From a bacterium HR26 (GTDB lineage Bacteria; Chloroflexota; Chloroflexia; Thermomicrobiales; Thermomicrobiaceae): a DNA stretch of 44,900 bases. The stretch is from NCBI GenBank assembly GCA_002898875.1, contig BEIC01000001.1, positions 1-44,900 of the forward strand. Reading direction: 5' to 3'. Shown here in pieces: positions 17,970 to 27,663 of the stretch. The notes below the pieces were generated by a model, which did not search any database, had not been told where the DNA came from, and was given only the letters and a program-made list of their open reading frames with translations. Position 1 is the stretch's first letter, and every line of letters starts with the position of its first letter. Position numbers and translations under genes: made by a program.

Positions 17970-19271
17970 TCAGGTGCCGATGCGGCGAGCGGTGTAATAG
18001 CGGGGTCCCCAGTATCCGTCCCACATGTTGCTGATGACCACGCCCGTCGACTCGTTGGCCGCGTGGATGAACTGCCCGTTGCCGATGTAGATGCCCACGT
18101 GCGACAGCCCCCACATGTACGTGTTCTGGAAGAAGACGAGGTCGCCTGGCTGGAGGTTGCCGGGATCGACATAGGCACCGCTTACGGCTTGTCCCTCCAG
18201 GCCACGCGGGAAGCCGCCGCCGATCACCTGATTGACCACGTAGTAGACGAAGCCGGAGCAGTCGAACCCGGCCGGCGTGGTCCCGCCCCAGGCATATGGA
18301 TAGCCCAGATACTGCATCGCGGTGGCGACAATCTGCTCGCCGATACTGCTTACCGGAGCGGCGGAGCCCTGCCCGGGGTCGCCAGAATTCGACGGCGCGG
18401 CTGCAGTCTGGGCCGTAGGCTGCGCCGGCTCCTTGTCAGTGGGAGCCAGATATCCGCCGTGTGCCCACCCCCGGACACCGGCGTAGTCCACGCCCCACCA
18501 CGTGATGCCCTGATCGTCTGTCCGCGGGCCGTCGATGACGCGCATCACAGTACCCTCAGGCACGACGGTCGCGATGGCAGCACCGTAGCCAGCGTCATAC
18601 CGGATGTTCAAGCCCTGCCCGTCGGTGTTCACGACCTCGACGTTGCCACCTACGGCGATCCCGGCAGACGCGCTGGGCGCCGAAGTGACCTGCACCTCCT
18701 GAGCTTGGGCGACCGATCCACCTAGCCTCACCGCCAGGAACGCGCTGAAGGCATACCCGGTTGTACCGGCATAGCTGACGTGTGACCAGGCATTGCCCTC
18801 ACCGTCGCGGACCGTCTCACCAACGACGGCGACCTCAGCCCCCTCAGGGATGATCGTCAGCGTCGCCGAGCCAAAGCTCGCTCCATCGCGTAGCCGCAAG
18901 CCGTGGCCATCGGTTCCATGGACGATAGCCACGTCACCCGCGGCGGGCATTGCCCGAGCGAGGTAGTCGCTGATGACCCAGCCACTCACCCCGTCACGGC
19001 TCACCTTGTACCACAGCGTGCCGTCAGGAGCCGCCTGTGGCCCCGCTTCGACGAGGACACGCGTCCCCTCGGCAAACGCGGTCACCAGGGTTCCCTGAAA
19101 GCCTGGCTCCGCGCGGACATTGACGCCGTCCCCGTCGGTATGGCTGACAACTCCGACATTACCGACGACGAGGTCGGTATCAGCCAGTGCTGGAGATACG
19201 GTGAGGAACAGACCCATGATCGAGGCGAGAACCGCGTACACCCACGTGGGGCGCTGTCGCCGCTTCCCCAA
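17970..19271 (-). CDS. Secreted NlpC/P60 peptidoglycan endopeptidase with three SH3b domains
   Basis: Signal peptide, three 'TDG.G.N/R.R' SH3b repeats, 'YAWGG..P.GFDCSG' catalytic Cys and 'SHVGIY.G.G.FIHA'; TTG start after GGAGG. Confidence 0.92.
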   Translation of the reverse strand: MGKRRQRPTWVYAVLASIMGLFLTVSPALADTDLVVGNVGVVSHTDGDGVNVRAEPGFQGTLVTAFAEGTRVLVEAGPQAAPDGTLWYKVSRDGVSGWVISDYLARAMPAAGDVAIVHGTDGHGLRLRDGASFGSATLTIIPEGAEVAVVGETVRDGEGNAWSHVSYAGTTGYAFSAFLAVRLGGSVAQAQEVQVTSAPSASAGIAVGGNVEVVNTDGQGLNIRYDAGYGAAIATVVPEGTVMRVIDGPRTDDQGITWWGVDYAGVRGWAHGGYLAPTDKEPAQPTAQTAAAPSNSGDPGQGSAAPVSSIGEQIVATAMQYLGYPYAWGGTTPAGFDCSGFVYYVVNQVIGGGFPRGLEGQAVSGAYVDPGNLQPGDLVFFQNTYMWGLSHVGIYIGNGQFIHAANESTGVVISNMWDGYWGPRYYTARRIGT

Positions 19272-19460
19272 TCGACCTCCCCTTCCCCTAGGTCAACTAG
19301 CTCGCTGGCGCCTTGGCGGTCGGTACGCGTTGCTTGTCGCTAGCCTCGCCTCCCGGCAGGGAACACGAGGAAACGAATCATCTGCCAGCTTCGCTCGAGC
19401 CTCCCTCTCTTATCCCTCCCACACGGGAGCACCACCCCCGCTCGCTACCACCTTGTCCGC

Positions 19461-19490
19461 AGGCTACCACGATCAGAACGCACCTGTCAA
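19461..19490 (-). promoter_or_regulatory. Putative promoter of the NlpC/P60 gene
   Basis: Minus strand TTGACA-18 nt-TAGCCT with a TGn extension. Confidence 0.55.
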
Positions 19491-19561
19491 CCACTGATCC
19501 AGTACCTACGTCCTTATGGCATGAAGACGGGGAAACCAGGAACGTACTCCGCGCGAAATCG

Positions 19562-20326
19562 CTACCAGGTCTGCCGAACCGGCAGTCCCCGCTCGGCGAG
19601 GTACCGCTTCGCCTCAGCGATGGTGTGCTGGCCGAAGTGGAAGATCGAAGCTGCCAGCACGGCCTGCGCGCCGCCGACCGCCAGCGCCTCGTACAGGTGC
19701 TCGAGCGTGCCGGCCCCACCCGATGCGATGACCGGCACCGGCACCGCATCGACGATAGCTCGCAGGAGCTCCAGATCATACCCGGCTCGCGTGCCATCCG
19801 CATCCATGCTGGTCAACAAAATCTCGCCCGCTCCCAATTCGACTCCGCGGCGTGCCCAGGCGATCGCGTCGAGCCCGGTCGGCCGCCGGCCACCATGCGT
19901 GTAGACCTCCCAGCCACCTTCCGACCGGCGGCGGGCGTCGATCGCCAGCACGACACACTGGCTGCCGAACCGGTGAGCGCAGACCGAGATGAGATCGGGA
20001 TCGGCGACTGCAGCGCTGTTGACGCTCACCTTATCGGCCCCGGCCCGCAGCAGGCGGTACATATCGTCCGGGGTCCGCACGCCGCCACCCACTGTCAGCG
20101 GGATGAAAACCTGGCGAGCCGTGCGTCGGACCACATCAACCATCGTCTCGCGGCCATCGCTCGTGGCTGTGATGTCCAGGAAGACGAGCTCATCCGCCCC
20201 TTCGACATCATAGCGAGCAGCCAGCTCTGCTGGGTCGCCCGCATCCCGGAGATCGACGAACCGGACTCCCTTGACGACCCGGCCACCTGTCACGTCGAGA
20301 CAGGGGATAATGCGACACTTGAGCAT
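19562..20326 (-). CDS. hisF: Imidazole glycerol phosphate synthase cyclase subunit
   Basis: [39 protein letters not shown]. Confidence 0.98.
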   Translation of the reverse strand: MLKCRIIPCLDVTGGRVVKGVRFVDLRDAGDPAELAARYDVEGADELVFLDITATSDGRETMVDVVRRTARQVFIPLTVGGGVRTPDDMYRLLRAGADKVSVNSAAVADPDLISVCAHRFGSQCVVLAIDARRRSEGGWEVYTHGGRRPTGLDAIAWARRGVELGAGEILLTSMDADGTRAGYDLELLRAIVDAVPVPVIASGGAGTLEHLYEALAVGGAQAVLAASIFHFGQHTIAEAKRYLAERGLPVRQTW

Positions 20327-21453
20327 CAGGACGACTCCCCCGCTCGGGCTTCTCCCCGCTCCACCTGCTGGCGAGCTTCGATGACGCGCTCGAGTTCCTG
20401 CTGGGCCTGCTCCAGGCGTAGGCGTGCCCGCTGCTCGTGCAGGCGCCAGAGCTCACTGCGCAGCTGGCGGTCGATCTCGCGCAGCTCTTCGAGCCGGACC
20501 TCGATCAAGTCCACCCGGTACGTCAGCTCCCGGTCCACCGCTGCCAGCTGATCGAGCTGCTCACCCGTACGGCTATGGCGTTGCTCCGAGATCGCCGCGA
20601 TGTCGCGCAACTGGACGTCGAACTGCTGGCGTAGCTCCTCCAGTCGCTCGTTGGCAAGCTCATCGCGCTCGAGCGCGTGTGACTTCACCCGCTCGATCTC
20701 CGCAGCCAACCGGTCGATCTCCATAGACAGCTCGCTGAACCGCGGTTCGATCGTCTCCAGATCCTCCCGCAAGCCTTCGATCTGGGCTTGCGTCATCTGC
20801 TGCTTGGCCTGCCCCTCCTTGATCTGAGGCTTGAGCGATTCGAGTTCCTGGAACACCTCGGTAACACGTCGCCGGACCTCCTGCTCCACGATCCGCAGCC
20901 CATCGTGTACCTTGCTCAGCTCCCGGCCCAGTCGCTCCACCTCAGCCGTTACCGCGTCGATCGAGGAGCGCAGGGATTGCCCGACGACCGAGAGCCGCTC
21001 CACGTGCGATGCCAGGTGGTCGATCAGAATCCGGAGTTCGTCGTATCGCCGGGTCTCCTGCCCCGTGTCCTCGCGCTGCCGGCGCACGGCCTCCAGCAGC
21101 TCGGCCACGTGCGCTTGCAGCGAACGGATCGGCCGCGTCGACTCGTCGATGCGGTGAGACAGCTCGGTGAGTTGTTGGCGGAACCGCGCCTCTTCGAGCT
21201 GGCGTGCCTGCGCGGCCTGCGCCACCTCGTGCCGGTGTTGCTCCAGCGCCTGCCGCTGCTCCGCCCAGTCCGCCTCGCTCGCCTTCAGTTCCTCCTCGAG
21301 GCGTAGCTGGCGACTCACGAGCTCTCGGATCAGGTGACGCAGCTCGTCGATCTGCGCTTGCAGCGCCTGCTGGCGTGCCTCCTCGCGGCGGCGTCGCTCC
21401 TCGTCGCGTGCCAGGTTGATCAGATCTGCCCGCTCAGGCCGCGAATCCATCAT
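20326..21453 (-). CDS. Long coiled-coil hypothetical protein
   Basis: About 375 aa, E/R/Q/L-rich heptads throughout; overlaps both the hisA stop and the hisF start. Confidence 0.8.
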   Translation of the reverse strand: MMDSRPERADLINLARDEERRRREEARQQALQAQIDELRHLIRELVSRQLRLEEELKASEADWAEQRQALEQHRHEVAQAAQARQLEEARFRQQLTELSHRIDESTRPIRSLQAHVAELLEAVRRQREDTGQETRRYDELRILIDHLASHVERLSVVGQSLRSSIDAVTAEVERLGRELSKVHDGLRIVEQEVRRRVTEVFQELESLKPQIKEGQAKQQMTQAQIEGLREDLETIEPRFSELSMEIDRLAAEIERVKSHALERDELANERLEELRQQFDVQLRDIAAISEQRHSRTGEQLDQLAAVDRELTYRVDLIEVRLEELREIDRQLRSELWRLHEQRARLRLEQAQQELERVIEARQQVERGEARAGESS

Positions 21454-22196
21454 CCCCACCCTTCGCCGGCATGCTCATCGATCCGCCAGTCCGCAGGCAC
21501 AACGAGCTCGATCGACCCATCGTACAGCGCGCGGCCAACGATCGCCGCCTCGACACCAGGGATCCCGGCCAGTCGCTCCAGGTGCTCCCGCGAGGCCACG
21601 CCGCCGGAGGCGATGACAGCGATCCCAAGCCGGGCAACTGCTGCGACCGCGTCGAAGTTCGGCGCGCTCAGGGTACCATCACGCTCGATGTCGGTATAGA
21701 TCACCCGCTGAACCCCGCGCTCGCGCGCCGCACGGATGACCGCGTCGGCCGGCACGTCGGTAACTTCCATCCAGCCACGTACCGCCACCCGGCCACGGCG
21801 CGCGTCGACCCCGAGCACGACCCGGTCACCGCCGTAGCGCTCCACCGCCTGCGCCAGCAGCTCGGGTGACTCCACTGCGGCCGTGCCCAATACCACGCGA
21901 GCGACTCCAGTCGCGAAGGCTGCCTCAAGGTGCTCGACCGTCCGCAGGCCGCCGCCGAGCTGCACCGGTATCCCTGGCACCGCAGCCACGATGCGCGCGA
22001 CCAGATCCAACTGGGTCGGGCAACCCTCCTTCGCCCCGTCCAGGTCCACAACGTGCAGCCAGGGAGCGCCACGCTGTTGCCAGGCCCGCGCGACCCGCAC
22101 CGGGTCTTCATCGTACATGCGCTCCCGGCCGAAGTCACCCTGGACGAGCCGCACGCAGCGGCCGGCCCTGAGATCGATAGCCGGGATGACGATCAC
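21450..22196 (-). CDS. hisA: ProFAR isomerase HisA
   Basis: [34 protein letters not shown]. Confidence 0.97.
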   Translation of the reverse strand: MIVIPAIDLRAGRCVRLVQGDFGRERMYDEDPVRVARAWQQRGAPWLHVVDLDGAKEGCPTQLDLVARIVAAVPGIPVQLGGGLRTVEHLEAAFATGVARVVLGTAAVESPELLAQAVERYGGDRVVLGVDARRGRVAVRGWMEVTDVPADAVIRAARERGVQRVIYTDIERDGTLSAPNFDAVAAVARLGIAVIASGGVASREHLERLAGIPGVEAAIVGRALYDGSIELVVPADWRIDEHAGEGWG

Positions 22197-22837
22197 GCAG
22201 GCGCCTCCGCGACGGCCGAGCGCGACGCCGCGCGCACCAGCTCGACGAAGTTGGCCAGGAGCTGGAGGCCCCAGCGGCCACTCTTTTCCGGATGGAACTG
22301 GGTACCCATCACGTTGCCCCGGGCGACGACGCAGGGAAAGCGGACGCCGTATTCAGTCTCTCCGGCATGCCAGGCTCGATCGCTCGGATCCACATAGTAG
22401 GAGTGGACAAAGTAGAAGTCGGCGCCGTCAGGGATGTGGCGGAACAGCGGGTGTCGCTGCACCTGCCAGACCGAGTTCCAGCCCATGTGCGGGATCGGCT
22501 GCCCCGCGGGGAGCCGGCGCACGGCCCCAGGGATCACGTCCAGGCACCGGTGCTCTCCACCCTCGTAGCTAACACTGAGCAGCACCTGCATCCCCATGCA
22601 AATCCCGAGGTATGGTTTCCCCGCCTGGATCACCTCGAGCAGGACCGGGATCAGGCCATGCGAGCGCAAGTGCGCCATCGTGTCCTCGGCCGCGCCGACG
22701 CCGGGGACGATCACTCCCTCTGCCCGACGAATGACCGCGGGATCGCGCGTTACCTGGGCATCCGCGCCGATCCGCTCCAGCGCGTTCACGACGCTCGCCA
22801 GGTTGCCGGCGCCGTAGTCGACGACCGCGATGCTCAT
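22193..22837 (-). CDS. hisH: Imidazole glycerol phosphate synthase glutaminase subunit
   Basis: DYGAGNL, PGVG, GICMGMQ, PHMGWN, YFVHSY, QFHPEKS. Confidence 0.97.
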   Translation of the reverse strand: MSIAVVDYGAGNLASVVNALERIGADAQVTRDPAVIRRAEGVIVPGVGAAEDTMAHLRSHGLIPVLLEVIQAGKPYLGICMGMQVLLSVSYEGGEHRCLDVIPGAVRRLPAGQPIPHMGWNSVWQVQRHPLFRHIPDGADFYFVHSYYVDPSDRAWHAGETEYGVRFPCVVARGNVMGTQFHPEKSGRWGLQLLANFVELVRAASRSAVAEAPA

Positions 22838-23790
22838 CCCACGCCCCCGCCTCGCTCAGGATCGTCCAGTGCGCGCAGCGTGGCTTCCACGCTCGCAGAC
22901 AGCGCAGTGAGATTGTAGCCCCCTTCCAGCACCAGGGCTAGACGGCCGCCACAGAGCACGTCAGCCCAGCGGCGTGCCCGCGCGGCCATGCCGGCGAACC
23001 CACGCTCGGTGACCTCCATCATCGCCAGCGGGTCGTCACGGTGCGCGTCGAAACCGGCCGAGACGAGCAGCAGCTCGGGGCGGTACTCAGCCAGGCGAGG
23101 GCCGATGACCTGATCGAAGAGCTCGAGGTACTCTCGGTCACCGGTACCTGACGGCAACGGCAAGTTCAGCGTGTAGCCGAGCCCGCGTCCCCGCCCGGTC
23201 TCGTCCGCCCGGCCCGTCCCCGGGTACAGCGGCCACTGGTGCAGTGAGATGAACAGGACGGTATCCGTCTCGTAGAAGGCCGCCTGCGTCCCGTTGCCGT
23301 GGTGCACGTCCCAGTCGAGGATGGCGACGCGCGACAAGCCCCGACGGCTGAGCGCGTGCTGGGCGGCCACCGCGATGTTGTTGAAGAGGCAGAAGCCCAT
23401 GGCCCGCCGCGGCTCGGCATGGTGCCCCGGCGGTCGCACCAGGGCGAAGGCGCGGGCAGATCGGCCGTCGAGCACACGGTCGACGGCCTGGGCGGCGGCT
23501 CCCACGGCCAGCAAGGCCACCTCGTACGAGTCACGGCAGACGAACGTATCCGGGTCGAGCCAGCCGCCACCCGCACGGGCGAAGGCTTCGACCTCAGCGA
23601 TGTAGGCGGGATCGTGGATCAGCGCCACCGTCTCGACTGACGCCGGCTCAGGCTCCAGCACTGCGCGATTATCCAACAGCCCCGACTGGCGTAGCCGCTG
23701 GTGGATCGCGACCAGCCGCTCTGGGCGCTCCGGATGGCTTCCCGTCTCGTGACGGCGAAATCGATCCGTCGTGATCAGGTCAGTCGGCAT
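22834..23790 (-). CDS. Histone deacetylase family (class II-like) amidohydrolase
   Basis: [43 protein letters not shown]. Confidence 0.93.
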   Translation of the reverse strand: MPTDLITTDRFRRHETGSHPERPERLVAIHQRLRQSGLLDNRAVLEPEPASVETVALIHDPAYIAEVEAFARAGGGWLDPDTFVCRDSYEVALLAVGAAAQAVDRVLDGRSARAFALVRPPGHHAEPRRAMGFCLFNNIAVAAQHALSRRGLSRVAILDWDVHHGNGTQAAFYETDTVLFISLHQWPLYPGTGRADETGRGRGLGYTLNLPLPSGTGDREYLELFDQVIGPRLAEYRPELLLVSAGFDAHRDDPLAMMEVTERGFAGMAARARRWADVLCGGRLALVLEGGYNLTALSASVEATLRALDDPERGGGVG

Positions 23791-24559
23791 TGAGCACGTC
23801 CAGGATCTGCTGGTGCAGCCTGCCGTTGGACGCCACGCAACTGGTCGAGTCAAGCGTGAGGGGACGGCCGGCATAGTCAGTCACGACGCCCCCAGCCTCA
23901 CGCACGATCAGCGCGCCAGCCGCGGTGTCCCAGGGGGCGAGCTCCGGCTCCCAGAAGCCGTCGAAGCGGCCGGCCGCCACGTAGCACAGGTCGAGCGCCG
24001 CCGATCCATCACGCCGGATTGCCCGCGTGATGGTGGTAAAGCGACCGAAGTGCGCCAGCGCCCGCTTGCGCCGCTCCAGATCATACGGGAAGCCGGTGGC
24101 CAGCAGCGCCATGATCATCGTCTCCTGGTCGGAGACCTGTATGCGCCGGCCGTTGAGGTACGCTCCAGCGCCGCGCTCGGCCAGGAAGAGCTCATCGAGC
24201 ACCGGCTGGTAGACGACGCCGAGCTCTGGGATGCCGTCGACGATGAGGGCGATGGAGACGGCGAACAGTGGATAGCCGTGCGCGTAGTTCGTCGTGCCGT
24301 CCAGCGGGTCGACGACCCAGAGGTAGCGCCCATCCGGGGCCGAGGAACTCGCTCCGCCCTCTTCGCTCAGGATGGCGTGCTCGGGAAACGCCGCCCGGAT
24401 CCGCTCGATGATCAACCGTTCGCTCGCCTCGTCTACCTCGGTGACGAGGTTGACGGTTCCCTTAAATCGGATCTCCTGAACCTGTCCCAGCCGCTCCCGG
24501 AGCAGTCGCCCGGCGGCCAGCGCGGTCTCAACCGCGACGCTCCGCGGTGAATAGGCCAT
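23780..24559 (-). CDS. Inositol monophosphatase family protein (SuhB-like)
   Basis: [26 protein letters not shown]. Confidence 0.92.
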   Translation of the reverse strand: MAYSPRSVAVETALAAGRLLRERLGQVQEIRFKGTVNLVTEVDEASERLIIERIRAAFPEHAILSEEGGASSSAPDGRYLWVVDPLDGTTNYAHGYPLFAVSIALIVDGIPELGVVYQPVLDELFLAERGAGAYLNGRRIQVSDQETMIMALLATGFPYDLERRKRALAHFGRFTTITRAIRRDGSAALDLCYVAAGRFDGFWEPELAPWDTAAGALIVREAGGVVTDYAGRPLTLDSTSCVASNGRLHQQILDVLNAD

Positions 24560-24590
24560 AACCGGCTTCCCTTCCCGATCGGCTTCGCGC

Positions 24591-25685
24591 CTACGCCCGG
24601 ATCAGCGTCCGCGTCACCAGCGGGAGCTGCGCCTGAACGTCCAGGTCCAGCCCCGCGGTGACGCCCCGCTGGTACAGGTAGTAGGCGGCACCGGCGATCA
24701 TCGCCGCGTTGTCGGTGCAGAGGATCGTCGGGGGGTAGCGCACCGGGACGCTCACCGCCTCCTTTAGCCGGCGCCGCAGCAGGGTATTGGCGGCGACTCC
24801 CCCGGCCAGTAGCACCATTGCCGCCCGGTAGTCCCGCGCGGCCCGCGCCGTCTTCTCGACCAGCACCTCGACGATCGCCTCCTGGTACTCGGCAGCCAGG
24901 TCAGCGACCGGCATGTTCGGAGCGTAAACCGGCGGTTCATACTCGGGGAAAGGCTGGCGGGAGGCAGAGCGGCGGTTGCCCTGGGCCGGCCGGCGGTACT
25001 GCTCGACCGCGCGGAGCAGCGCCGTCTTGAGGCCGCTGAAGCTGAAGTCGTAGCTGTCACCCAACCAGGCGCGCGGCAGCGGGTAACGCCCGGGCCGGCC
25101 CTGCTCGGACGCGCGCTGGATCGCCGGGCCTCCAGGGAATCCCAAGCCCAGCACACGCGCGCCCTTGTCGAACGCTTCACCGGCGGCGTCGTCGAGCGTG
25201 CGACCCAGCAGCGCGTAGTCCCCATGACCGCGCATCAAGATCAGTTCGGTATGCCCGCCGGAGACAATCAAGCACACCAGTGGGAAGACCGGTGGTTCGA
25301 CCTCGGCCTGCCCGGGAAGCGTCAGCCAGTTCGCGTAGATGTGCCCTTCGAGGTGGTTGACCGGGACCAGCGGCTTCTCCCAAACGTATGCCAGCGTCTT
25401 GGCGACGTTGATCCCAACGAGGAGCGAGCCTGCCAGCCCCGGCCCCTCGGTCACCGCAATGGCGTCGATGTCCGATGGGCTCACCTCACCCTGTTCCAGC
25501 GCCAGATCGATCGTCGGGATGATCGTCGTCACGTGCCGCCGCGAGGCGAGCTCCGGGACGATCCCCCCGTACCGCTCGTGCAGGTCCACCTGCGACCGGA
25601 TCACGTTGGAGAGCACCCAGCGACCGTCGCGCACGACCGCCGCTGAGGTCTCATCGCATGAGGTCTCGATGCCGAGAATGATCAC
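24591..25685 (-). CDS. tsaD: tRNA N6-adenosine threonylcarbamoyltransferase
   Basis: GIETSCDET, GGIVPELASR.H, NHLEGH, VSGGHT, DDAAGEAFDK, FSFSGLKT, TDNAAMI. Confidence 0.97.
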   Translation of the reverse strand: MIILGIETSCDETSAAVVRDGRWVLSNVIRSQVDLHERYGGIVPELASRRHVTTIIPTIDLALEQGEVSPSDIDAIAVTEGPGLAGSLLVGINVAKTLAYVWEKPLVPVNHLEGHIYANWLTLPGQAEVEPPVFPLVCLIVSGGHTELILMRGHGDYALLGRTLDDAAGEAFDKGARVLGLGFPGGPAIQRASEQGRPGRYPLPRAWLGDSYDFSFSGLKTALLRAVEQYRRPAQGNRRSASRQPFPEYEPPVYAPNMPVADLAAEYQEAIVEVLVEKTARAARDYRAAMVLLAGGVAANTLLRRRLKEAVSVPVRYPPTILCTDNAAMIAGAAYYLYQRGVTAGLDLDVQAQLPLVTRTLIRA

Positions 25686-26347
25686 GCTGACCGCTCCACA
25701 ATCTCGATGCGCTCGCGTGCCAATCGCTCCACCAGTCGCCGCTTGAGCTCGAGCAGGTGCTGCCGGTAGACTGGATCGCGCAGCGAGGGCGAGGTCATGA
25801 TATAAGCATCCTCCGCATTATCGCTGTAGTAGCGCGGTCGGACGCCCTGCCTGGTCAGTCCGTACTTCTCGTAGAGCGACTGCGCCGCACGGTTCGACAC
25901 CCTGACCTCGAGCGTGAGGAACTCGGCGTCTCGCCGGATGGCCTCGCTCACCAGCGTAAGGAAGAGCACCTCGCCCAGCCCCAGGCCCCGGTGCTCGGGC
26001 GCCACACCGATCGTCGTCACGTGCGCCTCGCCGTAGAGGGTCCACATGCCGGCGAATCCGACCAGCGGTCGCGTCGCCAGCCGCACCGGCCGGCGCAGCC
26101 GGGGAAGCAGCGCCAGCGGCCCGCGAGAATCCTCCCGCTCTGCCTCCGGCTCACTGGCTGCCGCCAGTTCCTGGCGCAGCACGATGTAGTAGTTGCGCTC
26201 CGGCTCTCGTAACTCACGGTAGTACGCCGACTCCGGCCAGGGGTTGGTGAAGCAACGCCGCTCGAGCTGCGACACCTCCGGCACATCGTCGCTCTGCATC
26301 GGCGCCAACACGTAGATCCGCTCAGTTTCGTCCGCCGGGGCTGACAT
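25682..26347 (-). CDS. rimI: Ribosomal protein N-acetyltransferase RimI-like
   Basis: PW, EAHVTTIGV.PEHRGLGLG, TLEVRVSN..AQ.LY.KYG, RYYSDN.EDA; located between tsaB and tsaD. Confidence 0.88.
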   Translation of the reverse strand: MSAPADETERIYVLAPMQSDDVPEVSQLERRCFTNPWPESAYYRELREPERNYYIVLRQELAAASEPEAEREDSRGPLALLPRLRRPVRLATRPLVGFAGMWTLYGEAHVTTIGVAPEHRGLGLGEVLFLTLVSEAIRRDAEFLTLEVRVSNRAAQSLYEKYGLTRQGVRPRYYSDNAEDAYIMTSPSLRDPVYRQHLLELKRRLVERLARERIEIVERSA

Positions 26348-26394
26348 CACTCTGGCACGATCCAGTCCTGTTGCGGTAACCGGCAACCGCCGGC

Positions 26395-27108
26395 TCAGCG
26401 GCTCTCCGGCAATTCTACCGAAGCCGCGACCTCCGCAACGCCGGCATGCACGTACACCGGCTCCAGCGTCTCCAGCCGGTCGACCGCACCGCTCTGCCAG
26501 CGCTGGAAGGCCAGCTCGGCTAGCCATCCGGGGCGCAGGAGGCGCCACGATGGCGGAGGCAGGATCACCCGTGGGTGACCAGCCAGCCGCTCGGCCAGCT
26601 CAACATCGAGCGCGCCGGCCAGCACGGTGGTCTCGGTGAGCCCTTCGGCAAGCTGGTTACCCCTGACCGTCCTGAGCACGCTCTCGCGCACCCACTGGCC
26701 ACCCCGATGGTGGTAGTCAGCGTACACCACCCGGCCACGACCGGCTGGGACGAACGCCCGGATCGGGTGGCGGCGGACGGTGTGTGGGTACGCAAGCACG
26801 TCGAGCGTCATGATCCCGACCAGCGGTATTCCGAGCCCGTAGCAGAGCCCCTTGGCGACGCTCATCCCGACGCGCAGCCCATTGAAGCTCCCCGGCCCGA
26901 GGGTGACCGCTACCGCCTTGAGCTGGCGAGCGGCGAGCCGGTTGATCTGCAGGAGGTGATCGAGCTGGCGCAGCAAGGTGGCCGTCTGGTTCCGCCCCGC
27001 GCTCCAGCTCAGCTCGCTGAGCCAGGCTCCGTCGTAGAGGGCCAGGCCTGCCTGCTCGGTCGAGGTGTCAATCGCCAGGAGCAGCCGGTCGACGTCGACC
27101 ACCGGCAA
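26395..27108 (-). CDS. tsaB: t6A biosynthesis protein TsaB
   Basis: LAIDTS, GPGSFNGLRVG, C-terminal LEPVY; start uncertain. Confidence 0.93.
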   Translation of the reverse strand: MPVVDVDRLLLAIDTSTEQAGLALYDGAWLSELSWSAGRNQTATLLRQLDHLLQINRLAARQLKAVAVTLGPGSFNGLRVGMSVAKGLCYGLGIPLVGIMTLDVLAYPHTVRRHPIRAFVPAGRGRVVYADYHHRGGQWVRESVLRTVRGNQLAEGLTETTVLAGALDVELAERLAGHPRVILPPPSWRLLRPGWLAELAFQRWQSGAVDRLETLEPVYVHAGVAEVAASVELPESR

Positions 27109-27604
27109 CCTCCGCTCTCAACCGATCGACCAGTCGCTGGTATCGCTCGCCGGACGGGTAGAAGGCGAGGCGCCGCTTGGTGTCGGCCACGAACTCCAGG
27201 TCGATGAGCAGGAACTGCTCGAAGACATCGAGGGCCACGCGCTCGGGCCACTCGATGACGACGATCCCCTCTGGATCGTCGAGGTAGTCCATGAGCCCGA
27301 AGGTCGCGAGCTCCCCGGGTTCCTCCAGCCGGTACAGGTCGATGTGGTAGAGGCGAACCGGTGTCTCGTCGGGCAGATGCCCAGCGTGCTCCAGCGCGAG
27401 CACGAACGTCGGGCTCTGGATGTAGTCCTCGACTTCCAGCCCGCGAGCGATCCCCTGGACCAGCGTCGTCTTTCCGGAGCCCAGCGGGCCACGGAGCAGG
27501 TACACGTCGCCGGGCCGCGCCAGCCGGCTGAGCTGCGCACCGATCCGGCGCGTCTGGTCCGGGCTATGGCTGATAATGTCGAGTGCCGGGATCCGTGGCG
27601 GCAT
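27068..27604 (-). CDS. tsaE: t6A biosynthesis ATPase TsaE
   Basis: GPLGSGKTT, SPTF, YHIDLYRL, IEW. Confidence 0.95.
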   Translation of the reverse strand: MPPRIPALDIISHSPDQTRRIGAQLSRLARPGDVYLLRGPLGSGKTTLVQGIARGLEVEDYIQSPTFVLALEHAGHLPDETPVRLYHIDLYRLEEPGELATFGLMDYLDDPEGIVVIEWPERVALDVFEQFLLIDLEFVADTKRRLAFYPSGERYQRLVDRLRAEVAGGRRRPAAPGD

Positions 27605-27663
27605 ACCGATCCTTGCCTGTACTTCCTGACACTGTACCGCCTTAGCGCCGCTCCGTCGAGTCT

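Noticed and set aside
19272-19454. c-di-AMP (ydaO) riboswitch before the NlpC/P60 gene
   Set aside because: Expected conserved blocks (GCCGAAUCC, GGAACC, GGGGUGAAU, CCCGUCAGCUAAC) are not visible.
19313-20551. 412-aa plus-strand ORF (also 641-1654, 4873-5952, 32088-33209, 34833-35993)
   Set aside because: These lie antisense to clearly recognisable genes (hisF, oxidase, TPP enzyme, helicase, lipA) and are shadow ORFs.
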